Positions 52,044 to 61,459 of a stretch of DNA of 64,000 bases are shown here, one piece after another. Numbering within the stretch: the first letter of the stretch is position 1; every line of letters begins with the position of its first letter. Origin of the DNA: an uncultured Acidobacteriota bacterium. Its GTDB lineage: Bacteria; Acidobacteriota; Thermoanaerobaculia; UBA5066. Below the pieces are notes generated by a model that ran no database searches, had not been told where the DNA came from, and saw only the letters and a program-made list of their open reading frames with translations. The translations under genes and the position numbers were made by a program. The DNA lies in contig CAVZYA010000002.1 of the NCBI GenBank assembly GCA_963779415.1, positions 608,001 through 672,000 of the forward strand. The letters are read 5' to 3'.

Positions 52044-54277
52044 TGCAGGTCCTCCTCCAGGGTGAGAACGAGAGTATCAGGAGCGGCGGAAGAGGTCGGG
52101 GATGGCCTCGCCGGCGCGGCCGGATTTCGGCCTGCAGCGACGTAGCCGAGGGACCGAAGCTGCTTCAGGACCTCCTCCGGGACCGGGGCCCGCGATCCCT
52201 CGTGGCTCGAAGGCGTCGCGAAGAGCTGCATGGAGCCGGGCACCGTCTTACGAGGAGCCGAGAGCCCTTCCCAGCTGAGCGTGGACCGCCCCCGGGGAAG
52301 CGCAGCACCGTCGTTTCTCACGACCGTGACGCCCCGCCGGCACCGAAGGCTCAGTTCCGTGCCGTCGCCGAAGCGCTCCGGCCGGAGGAAGAGCCACCTC
52401 GGGATCGGGCCGGCCGGCAGCGATCCCGCAACCTCCCTTTCCTGGTCTGTCTTCGCGATTGCCGACACCTCCGCGCCGCCGAGGGCCGTGACACTCTCCC
52501 AGCGGCCTGTCGTCCGGGCGCGAAACTCGACGCGCCCGGCCTCAGCGGGAACACGGACGACGAGGGCGCCCGACGACGCCGCGGGAAGGATCCGTTCAAG
52601 GTCGCCCAGGAATGGCTCGAGAAATGCGCGGTCCACGGCCCTCGGACTCTTCTCGTCCGGGTCGGCGGCGAGGTCGTAGGCCTCCATCGGCGGCATCGCC
52701 GGGTACGGATTTCCACCCCACCAGTTCGTCATCTCCTGGGTTGGCCGGAGGATCAGCTTCCTGCCGGCCCGTTCGAAGGCGAAGGCCGTGTACGGGGGGG
52801 ATAGCGAGAGGAGCAAGCGCGTTCTCGCGGCCGCTGGATCTTTCTCGAGGGTGAAGAGAGAGATCCCCTCGAAGGTCGGAGGAGCGGTCAGACCGGAGAG
52901 TTCGAGCAGGGTCGGAGCGACGTCGAGAAGAGTCGAAGGGGCCTTCAGAACCGCTCCGGGGCGCGGGGCTTTTGGAGCCAGAAGGAGAAACGGAACCCGG
53001 ATCTCCTCGTCGTGAAGGTAAGGGTGGCCGTGCCCGAAAATGAGGGGCTCGGGGATCGACGGCCGGTCGTCGAGCAACTCGCCGTGGTCGGACGTGGCGA
53101 CGAGAACGGTCCGCGCGGCGACTCCGGCCTCGGCCAGTCCCCGCCTGAGAATCCCGAGAGCCTCGTCGGTGAGGACGACCTGCTCGGCGTACTTCTTCCG
53201 GAGCGCCTCGGCCAGCTCACTCCGGCCGGGAACCGCCTCCGGAAGGAAAAGCGGTATGGCCGTGTACTGGTGGACCTGAAATGTGTGAAAGAAGACGAAG
53301 AGCGGCTCGCGTTGGTGGGCCCGGACGAGGTCGAGGACGCGGGAAACGCTCTGGACGACGCTCTCGTCTGTGATGTTGACCGTCAGGTAGCGCTCGAAGC
53401 CGCGCGCGAGGCCATAGCTTGAATCGACGAATCCGCCGTTCGTGACCGCGAAGGTCCGGTACCCGGCGAGCCGATACGTTTCGGCGAGAGTCGGAAGCCC
53501 GGGACCGAGGACCGAGTCTTCCGCGATGACGCCGTGCGTCGTCACCGCCGTCGAGGTGAAGAGCGAAGCATGGGAAGGGAGCGTCCAGGACGCGGGCGCC
53601 ACCATCCGTTCGACCCGGAGCCCCTCTCGCGCGAGACGGTCGAACTCGGGCGTTTCGGGGGCGACCGTCCCACCGTAGCAGCGGAGGTGATCCGCGCGGA
53701 GCGTGTCGACCATGAAGACGACGACGAGGGGAGGGTCGGCGGGCAGATGTTCCGGGACAAGGACGGGCTCGGAGACGAGCGCAGGCGTATCGACGGGGTC
53801 GTTCGCGGGCTCTCCCTTGATCCGCGAGCTGGCCTCGATCCGGAGCGCAGCTGCTTTCTCGTGCGGCGTCCAGGGGATCTCGACTTCAGTCCAGTTCGGC
53901 CTGACTCCCTTCGTGAGATGAACGGTCCGGAGGAGCGTGGTCGTCCCGCCCGCTTCCCGCGAAATACGGAAATCGGCCTCCACATCCGGTTCCGGATCGT
54001 CGGCCGCGAGACCGATGGAAAGCCAGAGGGTCGCGGCACGGGAAGAGGGGATCGTCCAGCGGAGGACCTGCCCCGCCGCGAGCCGTCTCGCCGGACGTGC
54101 ATCGCCGGAGATCTTGATCGCCTCCGCGCCGGCCAGAGGGAGGTGACGGACCATTTCCGGACGCGCCCGGCACCCGGAAAAGAGAACGAGGAGACTCGCC
54201 ACCAGCAACGCGAGACGGCCGCGCTCCGACAGGGTGCGTCCCTTCGGACCCGTCATCCGAAAACGTTGAGCCCTCAC
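52040..54277 (-). CDS. Sulfatase/alkaline-phosphatase-superfamily lipoprotein
   Basis: LFSGC lipobox-like, VDTLRADH, SWTLPSHASLFT, TSDHGE, GH, RVP, LRSLGY. Confidence 0.85.
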   Translation of the reverse strand: MRAQRFRMTGPKGRTLSERGRLALLVASLLVLFSGCRARPEMVRHLPLAGAEAIKISGDARPARRLAAGQVLRWTIPSSRAATLWLSIGLAADDPEPDVEADFRISREAGGTTTLLRTVHLTKGVRPNWTEVEIPWTPHEKAAALRIEASSRIKGEPANDPVDTPALVSEPVLVPEHLPADPPLVVVFMVDTLRADHLRCYGGTVAPETPEFDRLAREGLRVERMVAPASWTLPSHASLFTSTAVTTHGVIAEDSVLGPGLPTLAETYRLAGYRTFAVTNGGFVDSSYGLARGFERYLTVNITDESVVQSVSRVLDLVRAHQREPLFVFFHTFQVHQYTAIPLFLPEAVPGRSELAEALRKKYAEQVVLTDEALGILRRGLAEAGVAARTVLVATSDHGELLDDRPSIPEPLIFGHGHPYLHDEEIRVPFLLLAPKAPRPGAVLKAPSTLLDVAPTLLELSGLTAPPTFEGISLFTLEKDPAAARTRLLLSLSPPYTAFAFERAGRKLILRPTQEMTNWWGGNPYPAMPPMEAYDLAADPDEKSPRAVDRAFLEPFLGDLERILPAASSGALVVRVPAEAGRVEFRARTTGRWESVTALGGAEVSAIAKTDQEREVAGSLPAGPIPRWLFLRPERFGDGTELSLRCRRGVTVVRNDGAALPRGRSTLSWEGLSAPRKTVPGSMQLFATPSSHEGSRAPVPEEVLKQLRSLGYVAAGRNPAAPARPSPTSSAAPDTLVLTLEEDLQ

Positions 54278-54369
54278 GATTCGACTTTACCGCACCGGGC
54301 ACAGCCGTCTTCACGGCGGTCCGGCCCGAGGTCTCGTTCCTCGACGACGGTACCGGGTCAGTCGGCTCG

Positions 54370-55350
54370 TCAGTTCCAGAGCTGAAGGTTGAAGGCGGTC
54401 ACGAGGAAAGGCGCCATCTGCCAGCGGGTGACGTTGCCGGCGGGGCAGTACTTGCCGCCGCCGCAGCCTGCGGTGACCCCTCCCGCATAGATGTAGTGGA
54501 TGAACTTGCAGCCCCCGTCCGTCGGCGGGACGTCGCTGAAGAGGGAACTGCCGCCCAAGGTGCAGTTGTAGGGACCGACCAAAGGAACGGTTCCGCTGGC
54601 CGGAACTGCAGCGCCTGAGCCGGCCATGGCCGTAGCGAGGAAAACGGCCATCTGCCAGCGGTTGACGAGGCTGGAGGGACAGTAATTGCCGCCGCCGCAG
54701 CCGCCGGTGATTCCCCGAGCGTAGATGTAGTGGATGGACGGGCAGGCGCCGTCGGTGGGTGGCACGTCTCCGAAAAGCGAGATACCGCCGCTCGTGCAGT
54801 CATAGGGTCCGACACCGGAAACGGTGCCCGACACGGGAACCGGCACGCCGGGCCCGAGGAGAGAGGTGGCGAGGAAGACGGCCATCTGCCAGCGGGTGAC
54901 GTTTCCGGCGGGGCAGTAATTGCCGCCGCCGCAGCCTGCGGTGATGCCGTTGTGGAAGATGTTCTCGACGAAGCGGTAGGCGCCGTCGGAAGTCGGCACG
55001 TCAGTGAAGCTGTTTCCCACGTGCAGCGTCCAGCTCTTCGAAAAGCCGGTGCTCAACGTCTCGAGGAAGGTGGCGTCCCAGTGGGCGGCGGGACGGGTCG
55101 TCGGGGCGCTGACGCCGACGATGTAGCAGTTCCCCGTGGCCGTCCGGCAGTCCGTGGAAACTCCGTTCGGGATCGTTCCGTACGACGCCGCGCCGTCCGT
55201 CAGCGTGTAGTTGGCCCCCGGCGGGCCCGTGAACGCGGAGGCGGTTCCTGTCAGCGACAGCGGTGCGCCGGAGACGTTCTTCCATGACGGCGCGACAACC
55301 ACGGTCTCGCCCGGCTCGAGGACGCCATTTCCGTTCGGGTCCTCCGAGAG
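54370..55350 (-). repeat. Shared 3' cassette, copy 2
   Basis: Aligns with 23710, 57287 and 61460 cassettes. Confidence 0.88.
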
Positions 55351-57132
55351 CGCGGTCGGAACCGCGTTGACGTACGAGAAGATCCCCACGGCGGTCGCCG
55401 ACGTGGTGTCCGGATTCGTGATGGCGACGTCGACGTATCCTGCCGCGTGCGCGGGCGTCACGGCCGTGATCTTGTTCGATGTGACGACGACCACGGAGGT
55501 GGCGGCGATCCCGCCGAACGTCACTCCGGCACCCGAAACGAAGTTCGCCCCCGCGATCGTCACGGGCGTTCCCCCCTGCGGGGCCCCGTATGACGGGGAA
55601 AGGCCGGAGAGGACCGGACGGACGAACGCGAGATCCACCGCGGCCTTCGCGTCGAGGCGCCCCCATCCGTAAACGTCGTTCGGAGGAGAGGCGGGGCCGC
55701 AGGCTGAAGAGGCGATCGGGACGGCCGAGTCGGCGAGGATCCGCTCGGTCTGGTCGATCTGCCCGACGAGGGCCGGCTGCGCGGACCAGAGGAGGGCGAC
55801 CGCGCCGGCCACGTGCGGGCCGGCCATCGAGGTCCCCGACATCGAGCCGTAGCCGCCGCCGGGAACGGAGGAGCGGACGTTCGTCCCGGGTGCCGTGATG
55901 TCGGGCTTTGTTCTTCCGCTTCCGTCGATCGTAACGGGACCGAGGCTGCTGAACCCCGCGATCGTGTCGGTGCCCGTATTCAGGGCCCCGACGGAGAAGA
56001 CCTCGTCGTAGATCGCGGGAGGATCGCTCACGCTGGAACAGCCGGGTCCGTCGTTGCCGGCCGAGACGGCCGTGAAGATTCCGGCCGCACGCTGGGCGGC
56101 GGCGGCGGCCTGAAGCGTGAGCGCGCTGCAACCCTCCGACGTCGGACAGCCCCAGGAGTTGTTCGTGACGTTCGGGGCTTTCGCCGGATCGCCTTGCGAC
56201 GGGGAGCCCCCGACCGGATAGGGAGCCAGGAAGAACTGGAAGCACTCGAGGTACGTGGCCGGCGTGCCGGCGCCGCCGTCCATGTTCCGGCACCCGATCC
56301 ACTTCGCGCCCGGCGCCATCCCGATCTGGTTCGCGCCGGCGAGGCCGAGCACCGTCCCCATCGTGTGTGTCCCGTGGCCGTAGTCGTCGCAGGGAGCTGT
56401 GGCGTCGTGCCCGCAGCTCCCGGTCGAGGAATGAATCGCGTCGTGCCAGTTGTAGTCGTGGCTGGCGACCGTGCCGTTCCAGCCGCGGTACGCGGGCTTC
56501 AACGCCGGGTGAGTCCACTCGTATCCCGTGTCCTGCCCGCCGGCGACGATCCCCTGACCGGTGTAGCCGAGAGCCCAGACCTGGGGGGCGTGGCTGTAGG
56601 CGATTCCGGGCTCGACCGTGTCGGGGCTTAGAGTCGGAAAGAGAGTTCCTCCGGGTCGGGGAAGAGAGACCAAAACCCGGGGGTTTCCCTCCACGCGCGC
56701 CACATCGGGCCTCGCGGCCAGCTCGAGAACGAGGGCGCGGCCCCCGGTGACCGCGATGGCGTTGACGATGAAGAAGGGCTCGTAGGGAACGCCGAGTTGC
56801 TTCAGGCGCTCGATAAGAGGACCCTGCGTCCCGGCCGCCGTCCCGAGGAGCGCGTCGCGGACGAATCGCCCCTTTTCCACCCGTGAAGGGAGAGCGACGG
56901 CTTCGGAAAGGTCCGCCTGCCGGGAGAGGACGACGAGGAAGTCGGTCTGGCGGCCGGATTCCGTCGTCCTCATCACCCAGTCCGAGACTTTGGCCAGGGC
57001 GGTCGCTCTGGTTTCGGGCTGCCCGGGACCGGGCTGCGACACGGCAGGGCTTACGAAAAGAAGGAAAGAGACGAGGGTGGCAGCGGTCATTCCGCCCGTC
57101 GACTTCGCGCCGAAGATCGAGGTGACTTTCAT
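54370..57132 (-). CDS. Secreted S8 subtilase (bacillopeptidase F-like) + IPT + EPGET + SLH-like repeats
   Basis: QDTG, HGTHTMG, NNSWG, SAGN, GTSMAGPHVAG; shared C-terminal cassette. Confidence 0.92.
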   Translation of the reverse strand: MKVTSIFGAKSTGGMTAATLVSFLLFVSPAVSQPGPGQPETRATALAKVSDWVMRTTESGRQTDFLVVLSRQADLSEAVALPSRVEKGRFVRDALLGTAAGTQGPLIERLKQLGVPYEPFFIVNAIAVTGGRALVLELAARPDVARVEGNPRVLVSLPRPGGTLFPTLSPDTVEPGIAYSHAPQVWALGYTGQGIVAGGQDTGYEWTHPALKPAYRGWNGTVASHDYNWHDAIHSSTGSCGHDATAPCDDYGHGTHTMGTVLGLAGANQIGMAPGAKWIGCRNMDGGAGTPATYLECFQFFLAPYPVGGSPSQGDPAKAPNVTNNSWGCPTSEGCSALTLQAAAAAQRAAGIFTAVSAGNDGPGCSSVSDPPAIYDEVFSVGALNTGTDTIAGFSSLGPVTIDGSGRTKPDITAPGTNVRSSVPGGGYGSMSGTSMAGPHVAGAVALLWSAQPALVGQIDQTERILADSAVPIASSACGPASPPNDVYGWGRLDAKAAVDLAFVRPVLSGLSPSYGAPQGGTPVTIAGANFVSGAGVTFGGIAATSVVVVTSNKITAVTPAHAAGYVDVAITNPDTTSATAVGIFSYVNAVPTALSEDPNGNGVLEPGETVVVAPSWKNVSGAPLSLTGTASAFTGPPGANYTLTDGAASYGTIPNGVSTDCRTATGNCYIVGVSAPTTRPAAHWDATFLETLSTGFSKSWTLHVGNSFTDVPTSDGAYRFVENIFHNGITAGCGGGNYCPAGNVTRWQMAVFLATSLLGPGVPVPVSGTVSGVGPYDCTSGGISLFGDVPPTDGACPSIHYIYARGITGGCGGGNYCPSSLVNRWQMAVFLATAMAGSGAAVPASGTVPLVGPYNCTLGGSSLFSDVPPTDGGCKFIHYIYAGGVTAGCGGGKYCPAGNVTRWQMAPFLVTAFNLQLWN

Positions 57133-57286
57133 GGAACCTCTCGGCCGCGGGTCCCATGCTCCGTTCGTCCGCGAGGAACCGGAGGCTCGGACTCTGCGAC
57201 CCTTTTCTTCAGACTAACGCCGAGGAGCGGTGGATGGTCAATGAGGTAGATGGTTCACTCGCGGCCCTCCGCCGGATCGGAAATCA

Positions 57287-58300
57287 TCAGTAGAGAAGCG
57301 GGATCTGAAAAGCGGTGACGAGGAAGGGCGCCATCTGCCAGCGGGTGACGTCGCTTGCGGGGCAGTACTTGCCACCGCCACAGCCGGCGGTGACCCCTCC
57401 CGCATAGATGTAGTGGATGAACCTGCAGCCCGGGTCCGCCGGCGGGACGTCGCTGAAGAGGGAGTTGCCGCCCGAAGTACAGTCGTAGGTGCCCACACCC
57501 GGGACGGTACCGCTCGTCGGCACGGTGCCGGTCGGGCCGACCATGGCCGTGGCGAGAAAGACCGCCATCTGCCAGCGGCTGATGTTCGAGGCCGGGCAGT
57601 AGTTCCCGCCACCGCATCCGGCGGTGATTCCTGCCGCATAGATGTAGTGGATGAACTTGCAGCCCCCGTCCGTCGGCGGGATGTCGGCGAAGAGGGAGTT
57701 GCCGCCGGAGGTGCAGTTGTACGTGCCCACGCCCGGGACGATCCCGCTCGTCGGCACGGTGCCGGTCGGGCCGACCATGGCCGTGGCGAGGAAGACGGCC
57801 ATCTGCCAGCGGGTGACGTCGCTGGCGGGGCAGTAGTTGCCGCCGCCGCAGCCGGCGGTGATCAGGTTGTGGAGAAGGGTCTCGACGAAGCGGTAGGCGC
57901 CGTCGGAGACGGGCATGTCGGAAAAGCTCCGGCCGACGTGGAGCGTCCAGGTCTTGGGGAGGCCGATGCTGAGGGTCTCGAGAAAGGTGGCGTCCCAGTG
58001 GGCGGCGGGGCGGGTCGCCGGATTGGAGACGGAGAGTCGGTAAGAGGCCACCCCGACCGACCAGCTGTCGGCCGTGGCGCCGGGAGCGATGGTCCCGTAG
58101 TCGGCGGCGGAGTCGAGAAGGGAGTAGGTGGCGCCGGCCGGCCCGGTGAAGGCGGAGGCCGTTCCGGTGAGAGCCAGCGGCGACGCCCCGGTGTTCTTCC
58201 AGGAGGCGTTGACGAGGACCGTCTCACCCGGCTCGAGGATGCCGTTGACGTTCGAGCTCGTTCCGCCCGTGGCATGGGCATCCTCGACGACGCCGGTGGG
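57287..58300 (-). repeat. Shared 3' cassette, copy 3
   Basis: Aligns with the other three cassettes. Confidence 0.9.
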
Positions 58301-61249
58301 CTGGACGTCCACGATCGGGACGGATGCGTTGGCCGTCGGCGAGGTGCAGCCTCCCGCGTTCGTCTCGGTCACGGTGAGGGACACGGTGCCTGAGCTTCCG
58401 GCAGTGAAGGTGATCTGGTTCGTCGTACCGCCGGACGTGATCGAGCCGTTGGTGATCCCCCAGCTGTAACTGCTCCCGGCATGGAGCGGGACGCTCGCGA
58501 CGAGTCCCGTTGCCTCGGGGAACGCAAAGGCCGGCGCCGTGATGACGGGAAGGCCCGGCACGGTGCTGACGAGGACGACCGTTTGCCCGGCGGCCGAGGT
58601 GCAGCCGGCGGCGGTCACCGTGACGCTGTAGGTTCCGGAGGCTGCTGCTGTCGCACCGGGGATCGTCGGGTTCTGCAGCGCCGATGCGAAGCCGTTGGGA
58701 CCCGACCACGCATAGGTGGCACCGGCCACCGTCGGTGTCGAGAGCGAAACCGTATCCCCGACGCAGTAGGGCCCCCCGTTGAACGCGGTGGGGGTCCACG
58801 AGCACGAGTACGTGTACGCCGACGGCAGGCTTCCCGTCTGAAGGTCGGGGTTCGTCACGGCCACGGTCACGGCCCCGGCCGCGTGGACGGGGGTGAGGGC
58901 GTGAACCGTCGTCTCCGAGACGTAGGTGATCCCGATGGCCGAGGTACCGCCGAAGGTCACCGCGGCGCCCGGCTGGAACTGGGTCCCGGAGACCGTCACG
59001 ACGGTCCCGCCCGAGACGGGTCCGTTCGCAGGAGAGACTCCCGTCACCGTCGGCGAAGGTCCCGGGCCCGGCGTCAGACGAAAGACGACCCCGCCGGCAC
59101 GAGCCCCGGCCGAATAGGTCGTCCCGTAAGAGTTCCCGTCGGATCCCTGCACGAGGTCGGCTCGCGGATCTGCTCCGTCGCTTCCCGACAGGGAGTGGAG
59201 CGTCGTCAGCGCCCCGGCCGGCGTGATCTTGAAGATCGTGCCGTATCCCTTCGTGCCACCCGAGGACGTCGTCCCATAGAACCTGCCGTCGGTTTCCTGG
59301 ACGAGACCGGCGTAGGGATACGCCCCGTCGCTGTACGCGAACGAGTGGAGCGTCGTCAGCGCCCCGGCCGACGTGATCTTGAAGATCGTGCCGTAGCCGT
59401 CCGTGCCGCCCAGGGACGTCGTCCCGTAGAAATTGCCGTCGGTCCCCTGCCTGACACCGGCCTGCGGATTCGCCCCGTCGCTTCCGGCGAAGGAGTGGAG
59501 CGTCGTGAGCGCTCCTGCCGGCGTGACCTTGAAGACCGTGCCGTAGCCGCCCGAGCCGCCCGCGTACGTCGTCCCGTAGAAGTTGCCGTCGATTGCCTGC
59601 ACGAGGCCGGCATAAGGATTCGCCCCGTCGCTCCCCGCGAACGAGTAGAGCGTCGTCAGCGTTCCTGCGGGCGTGATCTTGAAGACCGTGCCGTTTCCGC
59701 CCGAGCCGCCCGAGGACGTCGTCCCATAGAAGTTGCCGTCGGTTGCCTTCACGAGGCTGGCTCGCGGATTTGTCCCGTCACTCCCCAAAAAGGAGTGGAG
59801 CGTCGTCAGCGTCCCCGTTGGGGTGATCCTGAAGATCGTTCCAGAGTCAACAGTGCCCCCGTAGTACGTCGTCCCATAGAAGTTGCCGTCGGTTCCCTGT
59901 AGGAGGCCGGAGTACGGATTATCCCCGTCACCCCCCGCGAAAGAGTAGAGCGTTGTCAGCACCCCCGCCGGCGTGATCTTGAAGACCGTGCCGTAGTTTC
60001 CCGGGTTTCCCTGACGCGTCGTCCCGTAGAAGTTTCCGTCGGTTCCCTGCACGAGGGTGCCGAGCGGAAGTGCCGCTTCGCTGCGTGTGAACGGGTAGAG
60101 CGTCGTGAGCGCCCCCGCCGACGTGATCCTGAAGATGGTGCCGACACCGCCTGAACCTCCGTTGTACGTGGTCCCGTAGAAATTCCCGTCGGTTCCCTGC
60201 GCGAGGCTGGCGTACGGAGCAGCCCCATCGCCCCAGACGAACGAGTGGAGCGTCGTGAGCGTCCCGGCAAGCGTGATCTTGAACGCCGTGCCGTATCCGG
60301 CGGCTCCACCGTGAGACGTCGTCCCGTACAGGTTGCTGTCGGCTCCCCGCACGAGGCCGGCGTAGGGAGCTGCCCCGTCGCTTCCCGCGAAGGTGTAGAG
60401 CGTCGTCAGCGCCCCGCCCGGCGTGATCATGAAGACCGTGCCGTTCCCGCTCGTGCCGCCCGAGGATGCCGTCCCGTAGAAGTTCCCGTCGATTCCCTGC
60501 GCGAGGCCGGCCAGCGGATTCGTTCCTTCGCTCGCCGTAAGAGAGTGGAGCGTCGTCAGCGCCCCCGCCGGCGTGATCTGAAAAGCCGTTCCGTTTCCGC
60601 TCGTGCCGCCCAGGTACGTCGTCCCGTAGAAGTTTCCGTCGCTTCCCTTCACGAGGCCGGCGTACGGAGCCGCCCCGTCGCTCCCCGCGAACGAGTAGAG
60701 CGTCGTCAGGGCCCCCGCCGGCGTGACCCTGAAAACCGTGCCGGAACTTGCCGTGCCGCCCGCATAGGTCGTCCCGTAGAAGTTCCCGTCGGATCCCTGC
60801 ACAAGGCCGCCCTGAGGATTCGCCCCGTCGCTTCCCGCGAAGGAGTAAAGCGTCGTCAGCACCCCGGCCGTCGTAACCTTGAAAACCGTACCGCTTCCGC
60901 TCGCGCCTCCCTGAGACGTCGTCCCGTAGAGGTTCCCGTCGGTTCCCTGCACGAGCGCCGCCTGGGGAGAGCTTCCATCGCTCCCCGCGAAGGAGTAGAG
61001 GGTCGTGAGCACCCCTGCGGACGTGATGCGGTAGACGCTGCCCTGACTGTTCGTCCCGCCCTGGCTCGTCGTACCGTAGAAGTTCCCGTCACCGGCCTGG
61101 ACCAGCCCTGCCGGATACGGCTGCCCGAACGCGAAGGTATGGAGGACCGTGTAGGTCTGCGCCGCGGCCGGGGCCGCAGCGATCAGGATGGCGGAGGCGA
61201 CGGCGATCAGAACGACGTGACCGCACGCGGAGACTCTTTCGACGCGCAT
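57287..61249 (-). CDS. Secreted tandem-repeat (GloVer/TIGR03803-like) protein + IPT + Ig-like + EPGET + SLH-like repeats
   Basis: GAGGGG SD, signal peptide, 14 x LVQG.DGNFYGTT..GG....GTVFKITP.G.LTTL.SF. Confidence 0.9.
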   Translation of the reverse strand: MRVERVSACGHVVLIAVASAILIAAAPAAAQTYTVLHTFAFGQPYPAGLVQAGDGNFYGTTSQGGTNSQGSVYRITSAGVLTTLYSFAGSDGSSPQAALVQGTDGNLYGTTSQGGASGSGTVFKVTTAGVLTTLYSFAGSDGANPQGGLVQGSDGNFYGTTYAGGTASSGTVFRVTPAGALTTLYSFAGSDGAAPYAGLVKGSDGNFYGTTYLGGTSGNGTAFQITPAGALTTLHSLTASEGTNPLAGLAQGIDGNFYGTASSGGTSGNGTVFMITPGGALTTLYTFAGSDGAAPYAGLVRGADSNLYGTTSHGGAAGYGTAFKITLAGTLTTLHSFVWGDGAAPYASLAQGTDGNFYGTTYNGGSGGVGTIFRITSAGALTTLYPFTRSEAALPLGTLVQGTDGNFYGTTRQGNPGNYGTVFKITPAGVLTTLYSFAGGDGDNPYSGLLQGTDGNFYGTTYYGGTVDSGTIFRITPTGTLTTLHSFLGSDGTNPRASLVKATDGNFYGTTSSGGSGGNGTVFKITPAGTLTTLYSFAGSDGANPYAGLVQAIDGNFYGTTYAGGSGGYGTVFKVTPAGALTTLHSFAGSDGANPQAGVRQGTDGNFYGTTSLGGTDGYGTIFKITSAGALTTLHSFAYSDGAYPYAGLVQETDGRFYGTTSSGGTKGYGTIFKITPAGALTTLHSLSGSDGADPRADLVQGSDGNSYGTTYSAGARAGGVVFRLTPGPGPSPTVTGVSPANGPVSGGTVVTVSGTQFQPGAAVTFGGTSAIGITYVSETTVHALTPVHAAGAVTVAVTNPDLQTGSLPSAYTYSCSWTPTAFNGGPYCVGDTVSLSTPTVAGATYAWSGPNGFASALQNPTIPGATAAASGTYSVTVTAAGCTSAAGQTVVLVSTVPGLPVITAPAFAFPEATGLVASVPLHAGSSYSWGITNGSITSGGTTNQITFTAGSSGTVSLTVTETNAGGCTSPTANASVPIVDVQPTGVVEDAHATGGTSSNVNGILEPGETVLVNASWKNTGASPLALTGTASAFTGPAGATYSLLDSAADYGTIAPGATADSWSVGVASYRLSVSNPATRPAAHWDATFLETLSIGLPKTWTLHVGRSFSDMPVSDGAYRFVETLLHNLITAGCGGGNYCPASDVTRWQMAVFLATAMVGPTGTVPTSGIVPGVGTYNCTSGGNSLFADIPPTDGGCKFIHYIYAAGITAGCGGGNYCPASNISRWQMAVFLATAMVGPTGTVPTSGTVPGVGTYDCTSGGNSLFSDVPPADPGCRFIHYIYAGGVTAGCGGGKYCPASDVTRWQMAPFLVTAFQIPLLY
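59080..61150 (-). repeat. Intragenic tandem repeat, 14 units of 150 bp (50 aa)
   Basis: gtcccgtaga-like word recurs every 150 bp from 59121 to 61071. Confidence 0.92.
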
Positions 61250-61459
61250 GTTTGCCCCTCTCACTGTCCTCGTGCCTTGACCGGCCGGTCCGTAAGAAGC
61301 CCGTTTCACGGGCCGAAGCGGCAGAGCGGAACCGCTTGGTTTCTGACGACCATCAGGCACTCAGTCCGCGAACTCGTCCAGGATTCTCCTTGATGAGGAG
61401 TGACGCCGGAGAGAGGCCATCTTACGCTGGAGACTCCGTGCGGCCGCCCGTTCAGGTGC

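Noticed and set aside
59080-61150. CRISPR-like periodic array
   Set aside because: 150 bp in-frame coding repeats with synonymous variation; no spacers or cas genes
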